A stretch of 64,000 bases of DNA. It comes from the human T2T-CHM13v2.0 reference genome, Homo sapiens. Where the stretch lies: assembly GCF_009914755.1 (NCBI RefSeq), contig NC_060928.1; one strand, written 5' to 3'. Numbering within the stretch: position 1 is the stretch's first letter; every line of letters begins with the position of its first letter. Positions 15,740 through 32,660 of this stretch are shown piece by piece. The notes below the pieces were generated by a model. That model was not told where the DNA came from. It did no database searches and worked only from the letters and a program-made list of their open reading frames with translations. The translations under genes and the position numbers were made by a program.

Positions 15740-17917
15740 TGGCAATGGAGACCCCTCTAACTAATCCCACTTCCCCTAATTACCTTTCTTTTTCTCCTTA
15801 TGAACCTAAAAATCTCACCATTTCTATTAGCCTGAAAATAATATCCCCCTGTTCTTCTCTTCCTCCTTCAGCACTGGATCTCGCTCACAATAGGTTTTAT
15901 TTAATAATTCTCCTCCTTATACTGTCTCACCAGTTTCCCCTCAAACTGATTTACCTGCTACACAAAATTATTCTTATTGGGCTTATGTGCCTTTCCTCCA
16001 CTTATTCGACCTCTCACCTGGATGGATGCTCCTGCAGAAATCTACACTAATGATAGTGTGTGGATGCCTGGAGCTACAGATGACTGTTGCCCTCTCATCC
16101 AGGAGAAGAAGGCACTGCATTTGATGTTACTATAGGTTATAAATACCCTCCTCTGTGCCTCAGACATGCACCTGGTTGTATCCATCTAGTAACTCAAGTC
16201 TGGGCTGCTTATCTTCCAGAGAGATTAGCCACAGGAGAACAGGGACACTTGGTCTCCAGCCTCTCCCTTTCTCCCTTAAGACAAATGAAAAGGGGAGTAA
16301 TAGGAGATAGCCCATACTTTCAATATAAACCTGTAGGAAAACCATGTCCTAAAAATTTTGAGAGCCCATCTAAAACTTTAATTTGGGAAGACTGTGTTAA
16401 CTCACATGGAGCAGTATTAAAAAATGACTCATATGGTTTAGTAATAGACTGGGCACCAAAGGGCTATTTAAAAAACAATTGCTCCTCTGGCAGAAGGGAA
16501 TGCCTGGAGGCTACTTATTTTATTTCTTATTGGGAGGACAAGGATCATCATCCTACTTTGCATAGAAGGTTCAGCTTGTTCTTTCACTTAAAATGGGAAG
16601 ATAAGGGCATTACCCACCCAAGGCCTCGTATGATATTCCCCATTCTGAGCCCAGAACACCCAGAACTTCGGAAACTGGCTATTGCCATGTCTGGACTGCG
16701 AGTATGGGAAGGGGAAATTTTCTGTCTGTTGTCCCCACTACCGCCTCTCGCAATCGTGATTCTGAACGCTATGATAAATCCCCTTTGAACCCTTTTCCTC
16801 TTTTTGATGCAGATCCCCCTTTATGGGACTCCAATTGGCATAATGATAATTCTTCTCGACCCAGGTATGCCCCTCTACCTCTTCGGTGTTCCCGGGTACC
16901 TCGGATTGCTCCTTTACGGCGGAGAATATCGCGCATTGCCACTGCCGCTCCTCTCCCTCAGTATCAACGTAGATTCAAACATTCTGCTTTGTTAACCTCC
17001 AACCTGACTATTCCTATACAGAGTTGTGTTAAGCCTCCTTACATGCTGTTAGTGGGAAATATCAAAATTTAGACAAACAACCAAACTGTCCTATGCATTA
17101 ATTATCATTTATACACTTGTGTTAACTCCCATTTTGACTTCAGGAAAAGTGTAATGTTGGTTCGAGCTCGAGAAGGAATCTGGATACTGGTAACTTTACC
17201 CAGACCTTGGGAATCTTCCCCCTCAGTACATTTAATTAATGAAGTGTTACAATGAATTCTCAGAAGATCTAAGAGATTTGTTTTCACTTTAATCACTGTG
17301 ATCATGGGCCTAATTACAGTCACTGCACTGGCCACCACTGCCGGAATGGCATTACACCAATCTATTCAAATGGCTCATTTTGTTAATGATTGGCAAGCCA
17401 ATTCCACCCAAATGTGGAATTCTCAACAGGGCATTGATCAAAAATTAGCTAATCAAATTAATGATTTAAGACAGTCTGTTCTTTGGCTTGGAGATCAACA
17501 AATGAGTCTCAAACATTGCATGCAAATGCAGTGCAATTGGAATACTTCTGATTTCTGTTTCACACCATATTCCTACAACAACACTGATCATTCATGGGCA
17601 ATGGTCAAAGGACACCTGCTGGGTAGGGAAGATAATTTATCCTTGGACATAACTAAATTAAAGAAACAAATTTTTGAAGCCTCTCAAGCTCATTTATCCA
17701 TTGTGCCTGGAGCTGAGGCATTAGATCAGGTGGCAGAAAGTCTTTCTGGACTAAACTCCATGACTTGGATTAAGTCTACTGGGGGCTCCACTGTAGCAAA
17801 TTTTGGAATCATGCTTCTCTGTTTAATCGGCTTATTTTTAGTGTGCGGACCAGTCAAAGAATCCTGTGTCAAAACCGAGAGAACAAACAAGACTTCATCG
17901 CCATGGCACATTTATAT
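15620..17917 (+). pseudogene. env: env; SU broken by frameshifts and stops, TM frame open
   Basis: IGYKYPPLCL, LIWEDC, VIDWAPKG, IQSCVKPPYMLLVG; furin site RSKR 17265-17276; fusion peptide; CNWNTSDFC; start coordinate approximate. Confidence 0.9.
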
Positions 17918-17934
17918 AAAAAGAAAGGGAGAGA
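17918..17934 (+). other. Polypurine tract
   Basis: All-purine run ending ...aagaaagggagaga directly before the LTR TG. Confidence 0.85.
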
Positions 17935-18939
17935 TGTGTGAAGTCAGGGACCCCAAATGGAGGGACTGGCTGGACCCGCGGCAGAGGAACATAAATTGTG
18001 AAGATTTCATGGACATTTATCAGTTCCCAAATAATACTTTTATAATTTCTTATGCCTGTCTTTAGTTTCTTAATCCTGTTATCTTCATAAGCTGAGGCTG
18101 TACATCACCTCAGGACCACTGTGATAATTATGTTAACTGTACAAATTGATTGTAAAACATCTATGTTTGAACAATATTAAATCAGTGCACCTTGAAAAAG
18201 AACAGAATAACAGCGATTTTTAGGGAACAAGGGAAGACAACCATAAGGTCTGACTGCCTGCGGGGTCGGGCAAAAAGAGCCATATTTTTCTTCTTGCAGA
18301 GAGCCTATAAATGGATGTGCAAGTAGGAGAGATATCACTAAATTCTTTTCCTAGCAAGAAATATTAATATCAATACCCTGGGAAAGGAATGCATTCCTTG
18401 GGGGAGGTCTATAAACGGCTGCTTTGGGAATGTCTGTCTTACGCGGTTGAGATAAGGAACACGCCCTGGTCTCCTGCAGTACCCTCAGGCTTATTAAGGT
18501 GGGGAAAAACTCTGCCCTGGTAAATTTATGGTCAGACCAGTTCTCTGCTCTCGAACCCTGTTTTCTGTTGTTTAAGATGTTTATCAAGACAATAGTGTAT
18601 CACTGAACATAGACCCTTATCAGTAGTTCTGTTTTTGCCTTTTGTCCTGTTCCCTCATAAGCATGTGATCTTTGTTCTGCTTTTTGCCCTTTGAAGCATG
18701 TGATCTTTTCACCTACTCTCTGTTCTCACACCCCCTCCCCTTTTGAAACCCTTGATAAAAACTAGCTGGTTTGAGGCTCAGGTGGGCATCATGGTCCTAC
18801 CGATATGTGATGTCACCCCCAGTGGCCCAGCTGTAAAATTCCACTCTTTGTACTCTTTCTCTTTATTTCTTAGCTGGCCAACACTTATGGAAAATAGAAA
18901 GAACCTACGTTGAAATGTTGGGGGTGGGTTCCCCTGATA
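17935..18939 (+). mobile_element. MER11 3' LTR
   Basis: tgtgtgaagtcagggacccc...gggttcccctgata, homologous to 6060-7892. Confidence 0.93.
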
Positions 18940-19002
18940 CCACTACACTCCAGCCTGGGCAACAGAGTGAGAGTCTGTCTCAAAAAAAAAAAAAAAAAAA
19001 AA
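18940..19002 (+). mobile_element. Alu 3' terminal fragment with poly(A)
   Basis: ccactacactccagcctgggcaacagagtgagagtctgtctc(A)n abutting the LTR. Confidence 0.9.
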
Positions 19003-19241
19003 TGACAAAAGTTGGACATCAGTGCTGCAACAAGTGGTCAAGTGATCCAAGTGGAATTTATCCTCAGCCTTCATCTTTACCATTACTGATAGTTCACTTC
19101 TTCCCTTTTTATTTTTCCCAGCTGAACTAAAAGTAGAAACTAAAAATAAAAATAATGAGTAAAAATAAGCAAAGAAATAAGATCTCCTTATTGTAAACAG
19201 CAAAAGGGCCACTTAATAGGCAACAATAAAAACCAAGACAA

Positions 19242-19594
<353 letters not shown>

Positions 19595-19599
19595 TTATC

Positions 19600-19950
19600 A
19601 AACTCTCGTGTTCGGCTTGCCTGTTATCACTAAAGACATTAAAGAATACTATAGAAATTGACCTATGTTCAGACACGTCACTCCTATAAACCACCTGTTG
19701 AATTTCTTGACTGTCAGCCAAAGCACAATCTTTGTTTGCTCAGAACTGTGTATAGTAGTGGTATTTACAGATGGTTGGGTGACAGAAAAAGTAAATAACT
19801 ACGTTTCATTACAGTTTCCTGTTTCCTTCTTGATCCTTCACAAGGGAAGATTTTCTTTTTTAGAGGTACAGATTCCTCTTAGTCAAGTCCTGATTAAAAC
19901 TCCAGCTAAGACATTAGTAAGCCTTGGTTAGTGAAGTGGCATCAGGAAGT
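19600..19950 (+). promoter_or_regulatory. Putative SMIM31 promoter with forkhead (FOXA-type) motifs
   Basis: Unique sequence before exon 1; TGTTTGC ~19733, TATTTAC ~19762, GTAAATA ~19791; TSS not determinable from sequence. Confidence 0.45.
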
Positions 19951-20101
19951 GCCTACATTTTCATGGCCTGGTAGCGTTCAGTGAAAATGTTCATTAACAG
20001 ACACAGGCCATTCAGTCCCGAATCCCAAGACACTGAAGACTCTGTTTGAATCAGACTCACGGGTTCCTTCCTAGCCACTCTCAGGGACAGGAATGCTTCT
20101 G
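19950..20101 (+). other. SMIM31: Putative non-coding exon 1 of SMIM31 (5' end approximate)
   Basis: Strong donor CTG|GTAAGT at 20101/20102 in unique sequence; position agrees with my recollection of the gene layout. Confidence 0.6.
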
Positions 20102-20241
20102 GTAAGTTTTTATAAATCCCCTATTTTATTTACCTCAAAACTCTCTCTCTTTTTTTTTTTTAACTAATTCATATGGACTAGAAATGTAATATTTAACTGC
20201 CACAGCTAAGAAATTTTACTTATTGTTCTTTCCTGGAGGTA

Positions 20242-20272
<31 letters not shown>

Positions 20273-20439
20273 AAAAAAAATGGCTAAAGAGGGAAGGAAA
20301 ATTTTCTGTTTTGTAGAACAACTCCCCCTCAGAATATTTTTCTTCTCTTTTGCTATGTTTGGTTTATTTGTCCTAGTTTTGTTTTTTTCCAAAGCCAGAA
20401 GATATGTATTTGTATTTAATTCCAAGGTAGAATTAACCA

Positions 20440-20858
20440 AATTAAATTAAATCATACGATTTCACTCAGTTCTTATACTTTTCTATGCTGAAAGTATGGT
20501 ACCATATTTTGGTGAAAGCAAGAAATAATTTCAAAGGAAATATTTTTAAGGGATGTAGTTAAATAATTATTTAAGTTTAAGGTTAAAAGCAGATAAATGA
20601 CGGTATTTCCTCCTGAGTATGATAGAAATATTTTTCTATCATCAGATTTATGTTATTAAAAGCCTTTAGAAATACTCAGGAGGAAATACTGTCATTTATC
20701 TGCTTTTAGCCTTAAACTTAAAATAAATAATTATTTAACTACATCCCTTAAAAATATTTCCTTTGAAATTATTTCTTGCTTTCACCAAAATATGGTATCA
20801 TATTTTCAGCAGTAGAAAAGTATAAGAACTGAGTGAAGTCGTATGATTTAATTTAATT
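20440..20858. repeat. Inverted duplication, arms 20440-20620 and 20672-20858
   Basis: Manual alignment: 5 substitutions and 2 indels over ~180 bp; 51-bp spacer. Confidence 0.95.
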
Positions 20859-20859
20859 A

Positions 20860-21282
<423 letters not shown>

Positions 21283-21916
21283 ATCTGTGGCCAGCATTGT
21301 GTTGTTCTAGATATTCAACCTGCAAATCTGAGCTGAAGTATTATGGGATATGCCTTGAAAATTGAAATTGAATGAAACTGATGTTATTGATTTGCCTTTT
21401 GTCCCATGTGATAAAATATAAAAAACACACCCAGTTTCACACCAGTCTCTGGTGGGACAGAGACTAGCAATTACATCATCAACAATTTAAAAAATTCTTT
21501 GGAATGCAGTAGTAGCAAAGCCTTTTAGTTCCCAACACGTTGTTATGAAAATTGTTCAAACATAGAGAAAAATTGAAATAATTGTATCATGAACATCCAA
21601 ATGCCTTCCATGTAGATTGTACAATTAGCATTTTGCTATATTGGCTTCTTTACATATTATCATCTCTCTGTACGTCCACTGATTCACCTTCTTTATTTTT
21701 ATGATACCTTTTAAAGTTGAAGACCTCAGTAAACTTTACCCCTAAACATTTAGGAAAGTATATCACTAACTAGAAGTCAATATTTGTTTAACTATTTTCT
21801 TGAGATAAAATTCAATTAGAGTGAAATGCACAAATCATTAGTGTTATGATTCAATGAATTTTAATGGATATGTACATCTATGTAATCCAAACCCCCGTCA
21901 AGATATAGAGAACATC

Positions 21917-22299
21917 TCTGCACATGTATCCCAGAACTTAAAGTAAAATTTCTTTAAAAAGGAAACTTTAAAAAGTAATAATAGGCCGGGTGCGGTGGCT
22001 CACGCCTGTAATCCCAGCACTTTGGGAGGCTGGGGCAGGCGGATCACAAGGTCAGGAGATCAAGACCATCCTGGCTAACATGGTGAAACACTGTCTCTAC
22101 TAAAAATACAAAAAAAATTAGCCAGGTGTGGTGGTGGGCGCCTGTAGTTCCAGCTACTCAGGAGGCTGAGGTAGGAGAATGGCATGAACCTGGGAGGCGG
22201 AGCTTGCAGTGAGGCGAGATCACGTCACTGCACTCGAGACTGGGGGACAGAGCGAGACTCTGTCTCAAAAAAAAAATAATAATAATATAAACAAATAAA
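21917..22299 (+). mobile_element. Tiny L1PA 3' tip with AluY (21984-~22285) in its tail
   Basis: ctgcacatgtatcccagaacttaaagtaaaat; 17-bp TSD AAGATATAGAGAACATC at 21900-21916 and 22300-22316. Confidence 0.88.
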
Positions 22300-24252
22300 A
22301 AGATATAGAGAACATCAATATGGCTCCAGATCTAGAATGCTCTTTCCTTTTACCTAATCAAGTTCTACCCCTGCCTCCAGATGTAAACAATCTTCCTCTC
22401 TACATAGTATGTATGTTCAATGTTTTCTTCAGATTCATTTGTCTTGTATGTATCACAAAATCGTTCTTTTTAATGTTGAGTAGGATTCCATTATGTAAAT
22501 ATGTAATTTGTGTATCCATTCTCTTGTCAATGGACGCCTGAGTTTTGTCCAATTCTTGGCTAGTATGAATAAGCCTGCTATGGGAGATAAGTGTTTCTCT
22601 GAACATATGTTTTCAGTCTGTTGTGTAAATACCCAGAAGTGGAACTTCTAGGTCATACTGTAGTTATAGTTTATTTTATAAAAGACTTCCAGAGATTTTT
22701 TTCAAAGGAATTGTATCATTTTAACACCCTAACATTGTATGAGCATTTCAGTTACTACACATCTTTGCCACTCTTAGGGTTTTGGCTTTGATTTTAGCTA
22801 TGTTAGTGGTTAGGCAATGCTATCTTATTGTGATTTTATTTGCGTGTATCTGATGATGAATGTCGTTAAGCATTTTCTCTTAGGTTTATTGGTCATTTGC
22901 ATATGTTCCTTTGTGAAATGTCCATTCAAATATTTGGGCCATTTTTTTAAAACTTGGATTGTCTTTTTGTTATTGAGTTGGAGTTTTCATAAGTATGTAT
23001 TGCTGATACAAGTTCTTCGTCAAATATGCATTTTGTTAATATTCTCCCCAATCTGAGCCTTGCCTACTCATTTTGTTAATGATGCATTTTGATGAGCACT
23101 ACCTTTAAATTATGATGAAAAGTCTAATTACAAATTTTTGTTTGGCTATTAATTTCCATGTCCTATCTTAAAAAGTCTTTTTTTTACCATTAAGTTGTAA
23201 AGACACTCCACTATGCTTTTTTTTTTAGAAGTCTTACTGTTTTAGCTTTTACATTCAGTTCTAAGACTATGTTGAATTTATTTTTCATATGTTGCTGAAG
23301 CAGAAATAGAAGTTCCTTTTTTTTTTCCTATAAATGTCTCATCGTTCCACCACTGTTTTCAAAAAAACATTTTCTTTTCATTACTGAATTGCTTTGGAGC
23401 TTTGTAGGAAATCAAATGTCATAAAGGGTCGATCTTAATTTTGAACCCTTTATTTAGTGCTACTAATCTATTTGTCACCACTTACACAAATACTACACTC
23501 TTTTGATTACTAAAGTTTATAGTAAGTCTTGAAGTCAGGTAGTATGAGTCCTCCTACTTTGTTCTTTCTCAAAAGTTTAGGTGCAGCCTTTGCATTTCCT
23601 TAGAAAGTTTAGGATCAGCTTATCAATTTCTACAAAAAAGCATGATAAGATTATGACTATAATTGCCTTGGATTTATAGGTTAATCTGGGAAGCTTAACA
23701 ATATTGAGTCTTCCAATCCATAAAATATCGTATATCTCTCAATTTATTTAGATATTTTATTTCTCTCAGAAGTGTTTTGTAGTTTTAAGTGTATATATCT
23801 TCTCTATTTTTGTTAATTTATTTTTAAATTGTTGAATTCTATTTAAAATATAATTATTATGTTTTATTTTACAATTATTGAGGCCAATATATAGAAACGC
23901 AATTGGTTTTTCAATATTGACTTTGTATCCTAAGATGTTACTAAATTCTAGTAGTTACCTTGTAAAATTCTTAGGATTTTTTACATAAACAATCATATCA
24001 TCTAAAAATAGAGTTTGTTTTACTTATTAAGTTGTGCTCTTTAGGCTTTTAAATTTTTATTTCTAACTTTATTGCATTGGCTAAAGCCTTCAGTGTAAGT
24101 TGGATAGAAATGACTGAAGTAAATATTGTTGCTTCGGGGCAAAGGATTCAATAGTCCACCTTTAAGTATGGTGTTAGCTCTAAGTTTTTCATACATGTCC
24201 TTTATTAAATTGAGGAAGATCATTCCCACCTTTCTGGGCATTTTTATCATGA

Positions 24253-24664
<412 letters not shown>

Positions 24665-25352
24665 CATATATGTAGTTTTTCTGCTTTATTCTGTTAATAG
24701 AGAACATTACAGTGATTGAATTCCAAATGTTAAGCCGACCCTGGGATAAACCCTGCTTACTCATTATAGTATCCTTTTATGTACATTGCTGGATTTCATT
24801 TGCTATCATCTTATTAGGATTTTTGTGTTTATGTACATTAAGAATATTAGTCCGCAATTTACTTTTGTTATTGTTTTTGTAATGTCTGCCAGTTTTGGAT
24901 ATCAGAACTAATCCAGGCCTCATAAAATGATTAGGAATTATTTCCTCTGCCTCTATTTTCTGATTTTATGTAAACTTTTTTTTCCTTAAGTGTTTGATAG
25001 AATGCACTCATCTTGTGAGAGCTCCTCACAATCTTTCCATGGAAAAGGAGACTGCTAATAATAATAGCTATCATTTTGTGAGGTCCTACAATGTATCAGT
25101 TACTTTATTTGGTATGTTACATATGTTAATTTAATCCTCACAACAACCCTGAGAATAGATATTATTCTTATGTCAAAAATACAAAAACTATATCTGTAAG
25201 TGCCAGGGGCTAGAATCAGGTATGACTCGAATGGGTAAGCTTTTTCCATTTAACTAAACTCCCTATCAAATTTATTTTTATAGTGACCTAAAGATATCCC
25301 TATCAATGAGGTATCATTCCACCAGGCAAATCTGTATCCACTTCATTAGATC

Positions 25353-26650
<1,298 letters not shown>

Positions 26651-27332
26651 ACAAGTCCAAGGATGCATGAGATCTTTGTCCAGTGAAATCTCTTAAGTTT
26701 CTTGAAGTTTAGAAATATTACATATTTTCTCAAAGCCAATTGCCCATCTATGATAAATATTTTATTGCCATTCTAAGCCAAAGAATTAAATGCTTTGGTT
26801 ATTCTTCCCATTTTGAAACCAACCATATTTTCAAATATAGTAGTATTTGAGTGTGAATTTTTCATTTAAAAGAAAATCACAGGATTTACTAATAATTTAT
26901 CTTTATGCCATAGCATAACTTTATCAGGGAAATAGTCTTTCTACTATGAAGAAGTAAATCAACAATTTAAGAATTCTAGGAAACAAATAGAACAATTTTC
27001 TTGAATTGATTTTTATTCTTTACATAATCATCTTAATTCTATTACTGAGTCATTCATCCTTATCTTAAAAAAATTCATAAATCACCTTTGAACCTTGGCG
27101 AGGTAGTTACAGTTTCTGCCCTTTGAAACCTAGCAAAATAGAAATTACAACACTGTTTCACATTATAAAAGAAGCCATAGTCAATTCCTCATGCCTACAG
27201 TAGAGTCTGTAGTTGCAAAGAGTTGGGTCAATTCTACTGTCCAGCAGCCCAGTGGCCCACCATCATAGTTATACCTGGATTGCAACAGGTAATCTCCACC
27301 CTGTTCATAAGACTCAGTTTAATAAGGTCTCT

Positions 27333-27621
27333 GGCTGGGCACTGTGGCTCACGCCTGCAATCCCAGCACTTTGGGAGGCCAAAGAGGGTGTCTCACGAGG
27401 TCAGGAGTTCAAGACCAGCCTGGCCAAGATGGTGAAACCCCATCTCTACTAAAAATACAAAAAAAAAAAATTAGCCAGGTGTGGTGGCTAGTGCCTGTAA
27501 TCCCATCTACTCAGGAGGCTGAGACAGAGAAGTGCTTGAACCCGGGAAGGGGAGGTTGAAGTGAGCCGAGATCCTGCCACTGCACTCTAGCCTGGGCGAC
27601 AGAGCAAGACTCCACCTCAAA

Positions 27622-27660
<39 letters not shown>
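27333..27660 (+). mobile_element. AluSg-like with (TAAA)n tail
   Basis: Full Alu flanked by aggtctct. Confidence 0.93.
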
Positions 27661-27661
<1 letters not shown>

Positions 27662-28130
27662 CAGGTCTCTGATGCTTTGCGTTGCCTCCCACTTCCAGAG
27701 CTCCTGCTAGCTCAGCCAATGTCGGCAGGAGGGAGGAGAAACGTGAAAGAGTCACCTCACCTCTCCACATGCCACCACCCCCAAAGCTCACACAGAGCTC
27801 ACTCTACAGGGTCTAGTGGTTGTGAAATGGGAAACTGCTTGCAACTTTAAATAGGAACTTTGGGGTGTGAAGCTTATGACTGAAAGGGGACTATAAATAT
27901 ATCTTCCTTTAAATGGATAACAAGCATGGGCAAAAACAGAATAATCTCTGCAAAATTTTAGGGATTCTAAAGACTGGAGATATACCTAACATCAACAGAA
28001 AGTCAAGGAATTGGGAATAAGGTATAATGTTCTAAGTAAAGCCTTCTTCTATTTTAACAAATACCTAATTCAACCAAGATGACTGAATAAATGTTTAATT
28101 CAATCAAATGATTGAAAGTATTCAATATCT

Positions 28131-28402
28131 GGCCAGGCGTGGTGGCTCACACCTATAATCCCAGCACTTCGGGAAGCCGAGGCAGGCAGATTACTTGAGG
28201 TCAAGAGTTTAAGACCAGCCTGGGCAACAGGGTGAAACCCCATCTCTACTAAAAATACTAAAATATATATATATTTTGAACCCAGGAAGCAGAGGTTGCG
28301 GTGAACCAAGATCGCACCACTGCACTCCAGTCTGGGCAACAGAGTAAGACTCTGTCTCAAAAAAAAAAAAAAAAAAAAAGAAAAAGAAAAAGAAAAAGAA
28401 AG
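28131..28402 (+). mobile_element. AluS with deletion at start of right arm
   Basis: Left arm, (AT)n linker, then jumps to ttgaacccagg; degenerate TSD. Confidence 0.9.
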
Positions 28403-28967
28403 AAAGTGTTCAGTATCTAATCAGAGCGCACAATGCTGCTATAAAACAATGTACAGAACACTTGCTTATATTCAGTGCACACTTCATCTATCATATTGAA
28501 AGCATCGGAGCTACACAGTTGTGGGTGAGTTTATGTGATTCCACTCTGCCTAGAAGAATGAAACGCTTTGAAGAACATGCAAAGGGGAAAACCTAAAGAT
28601 ACCTGAATTCATGCTCTCCTTGGGCAAAAATAAAGCTCTAATGACTCCAAGTTAAAGTGACTTTGGAGATCTAATATTTTTCAAGCACAAAAGAATTCTG
28701 ATTGTTTTGCTTAGGGGATGAATATCTAGTTAAAGACAAAAGACATAAAGAAAAAAATGAAAGTTATTCACAACATTATATACAGTGTATATACCCTTAT
28801 GAAGGGGAAAAGAACTTTAGTAAACCTATACTTTAGAGACTTGTAAATTTGGCAATGCTTCTTTCAACCTTATAAATGCCCATTGCCTCAATAATTCAAT
28901 TCATTAAATGAGAATATCAAAATAAAAACACAAACCCTTCCCTGATTTTATTTCCTATTTCCTATTC

Positions 28968-29806
28968 TCTTTAGTTTCCAAAATTCTTCAACATGTTATA
29001 TTATCTATAATCACAAAAATAACTGGAATTTTTAAATCATCCTTTAGAAACTCAGAAATTGTTATTAAATAAATTGAAAACTAAAGTGTACATCAGGAAG
29101 GATGAGAATGTCTTTTAAAAGACATTTTACATCTCGGAATTTTTAAAAATGAACCAAATAGAAATTCAGGCTAAAATTAAAGAAAAAAACTTTTTAAAGA
29201 ATAAATCTGCAATAGTGAATTAAACTTCAGAATTTCTAGTGACACAGAAAAGGGGATGAATCTCAATGACTGTATGATTGAGCATTCACCAAATGCCAGA
29301 CACTGTTCAAAGTTCTTTATTTCACATGTGATCCTCCCTAAAACTCTGAAAATCAGTCTCCTAAGCTTACAGATTAAGCAAATTCAACAATCACAGTACA
29401 TTTAGCTTGTTCTTATGGAAAAGATAACCTTGTTTCAGGCAATGTTTTTGCCAAAGATTTAAAAGAAGGCATAGAATACCTGCTTATTAACCTAGTGGGT
29501 GTGTGTATATATGAAAAAATCAAGTTGTACACCCTAACTGTATACAATTTTTATTTGCCAATTATACCTCAATAAAATTGGGAGGAAAAAACCTTGTGGT
29601 TGACATAAAGCCAAAGGAATCTTCAAACATTCTGTGAGATAAGAAAAATAACGGTAGATAGGAAGTGCTATATCTATCTTTAGTTTCCAAAATTCTTCAA
29701 CATATTATTTATAATAGTATATTTATAATCACAAAAATTAATAACTGTAATTTTTAAATCATCCTTTAGAAACTCAGAAAGTGATATTAAATAAATTGAA
29801 AACTAA
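28968..29806 (+). repeat. Dispersed direct duplication, 28968-29084 and 29677-29806
   Basis: tctttagtttccaaaattcttcaaca...attaaataaattgaaaactaa present twice. Confidence 0.92.
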
Positions 29807-29812
29807 CAATTG

Positions 29813-30723
<911 letters not shown>

Positions 30724-32212
30724 TCATTGTATGGTGTCTGGACAAGGTGATTTTTGATTTTCTTTCCAAACCTGAAATTTTATTTGGAGGAAAGTTCTCA
30801 AGGACAAGATGGCTTTTTGTTCAGAGTTTGACCAGAAGAAGACTTGAGACATGGAGTTGCCCAAAGAAACAGAGGAAGGCAACATGATAGAGGATCCATC
30901 CAAAAAGAAAGATTGAGAAAATCAAAGAGACATGTAGCAGGTTGAAATGTCAAGTAGGAACAGCATTGACAGGAGCTGGGACACATCATTTGTCATTCAG
31001 CAAGCGTGATTTGCCAAGTACTTGGTGTCAGGGAGTAAATAAGAAAAACAGTTTTCTGCCTGTATGAGCCTTCAAGGTGAATACATAATTCAGAAACCAT
31101 ATGCAGAGACTAATGAGCGTTGTTGGCATTTCACAGATGGACGGGATAATTCAAGGCTTTGTTTAGTAGACAGGATTTACACCATGACAGAACCACCCTC
31201 CTACAGATAAAACGGAAAAAAGTGCCACTGGTTTCAGATTATTTAAATTAGATAAGCATTCAATGCAGCAGGTGAGTCTTGTTCAGAATTTTTAAAGAAG
31301 GAAGGGATACTTTGTCTCAGAAAAAAAAAAAAAAAAAAGGCAGATAAATCCAGGAAGCAACAGAAGTGGCATGCACGTTGGTTAGTAGCCTTTAGACTTT
31401 TTCCACAAGGCCTTTGAAGGCAAGGGGGGAGTGGGCACTGCAGTATCTCACAGATTTTTTTCAGCCCATAGTTTTCTAATGTAGCAGGCTATAAGAATTC
31501 AAAACACTAAATTCCCACTGCCCAGAAAAGTGCATTTACTTCCTGTAAATAAGCCCTTTATTTTTACTCTGGCAGATTTTTCTTTAGATGAAGGCAGTCA
31601 TTTTACCTAGTCCCCTTGGCCCTTGATGCATGCACACAGCATCTACAATAGGAAGGAGACTCAATAAGAAGAGCATGTTCCATGCTGTCCCCGAGCAATC
31701 ATAACAGCACTCAAGGGAGCCGCGAGAGAATGAACGGATGGTGCACAAAGAGAGCAGTGAGCTCTGTCAGCAGCCATGAGACAGAAAAATAAAGTAACAA
31801 AGGAAAAGAAACACATCTCCCCCGTGAGGGCAATAACAGCAGCAAGAAAAACCATCAATCCCAACCATGCTGCCTGTTTTATGGAAACCTTAAAGCCATT
31901 TTCAAAATATACTTCTTGTCCTCTGGGTGGGATTTTCTCAAGTAATAGAGTGCTTGATGCCGCTGAGATTTCCAAATACATCTTCAATCCAGAGTTTCCA
32001 TTCACAGCTGTGAAATTCAGAGTTTTGCATCAACTTGCCTTCTTCGGTGCTGCTTGCATCCACTCGTTTATGGTCACTCAGTGAATACTTATGGGAAAAT
32101 GTACTATATGCCCGTCATTTTTCTAAGCCCTATAGGTACGGAGATAAACAAAGCAGACTGCTTTCATAGAACTTTAATGGGGAAAGACAGACAAACAATA
32201 ACAAAAAAATGT

Positions 32213-32660
<448 letters not shown>

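Larger units (their letters stand above)
14552..18939 (+). mobile_element. Defective HERV-K(HML-8)/HERVK11 provirus: gag end, pro, pol remnant, env, 3' LTR
   Basis: Colinear betaretroviral motifs, polypurine tract and MER11 3' LTR; 5' LTR and most of gag absent. Confidence 0.93.

Noticed and set aside
31661-32084. Overlapping antisense ORFs of 114 and 102 aa in unique sequence
   Set aside because: No recognisable motifs or convincing exon structure; lengths compatible with chance
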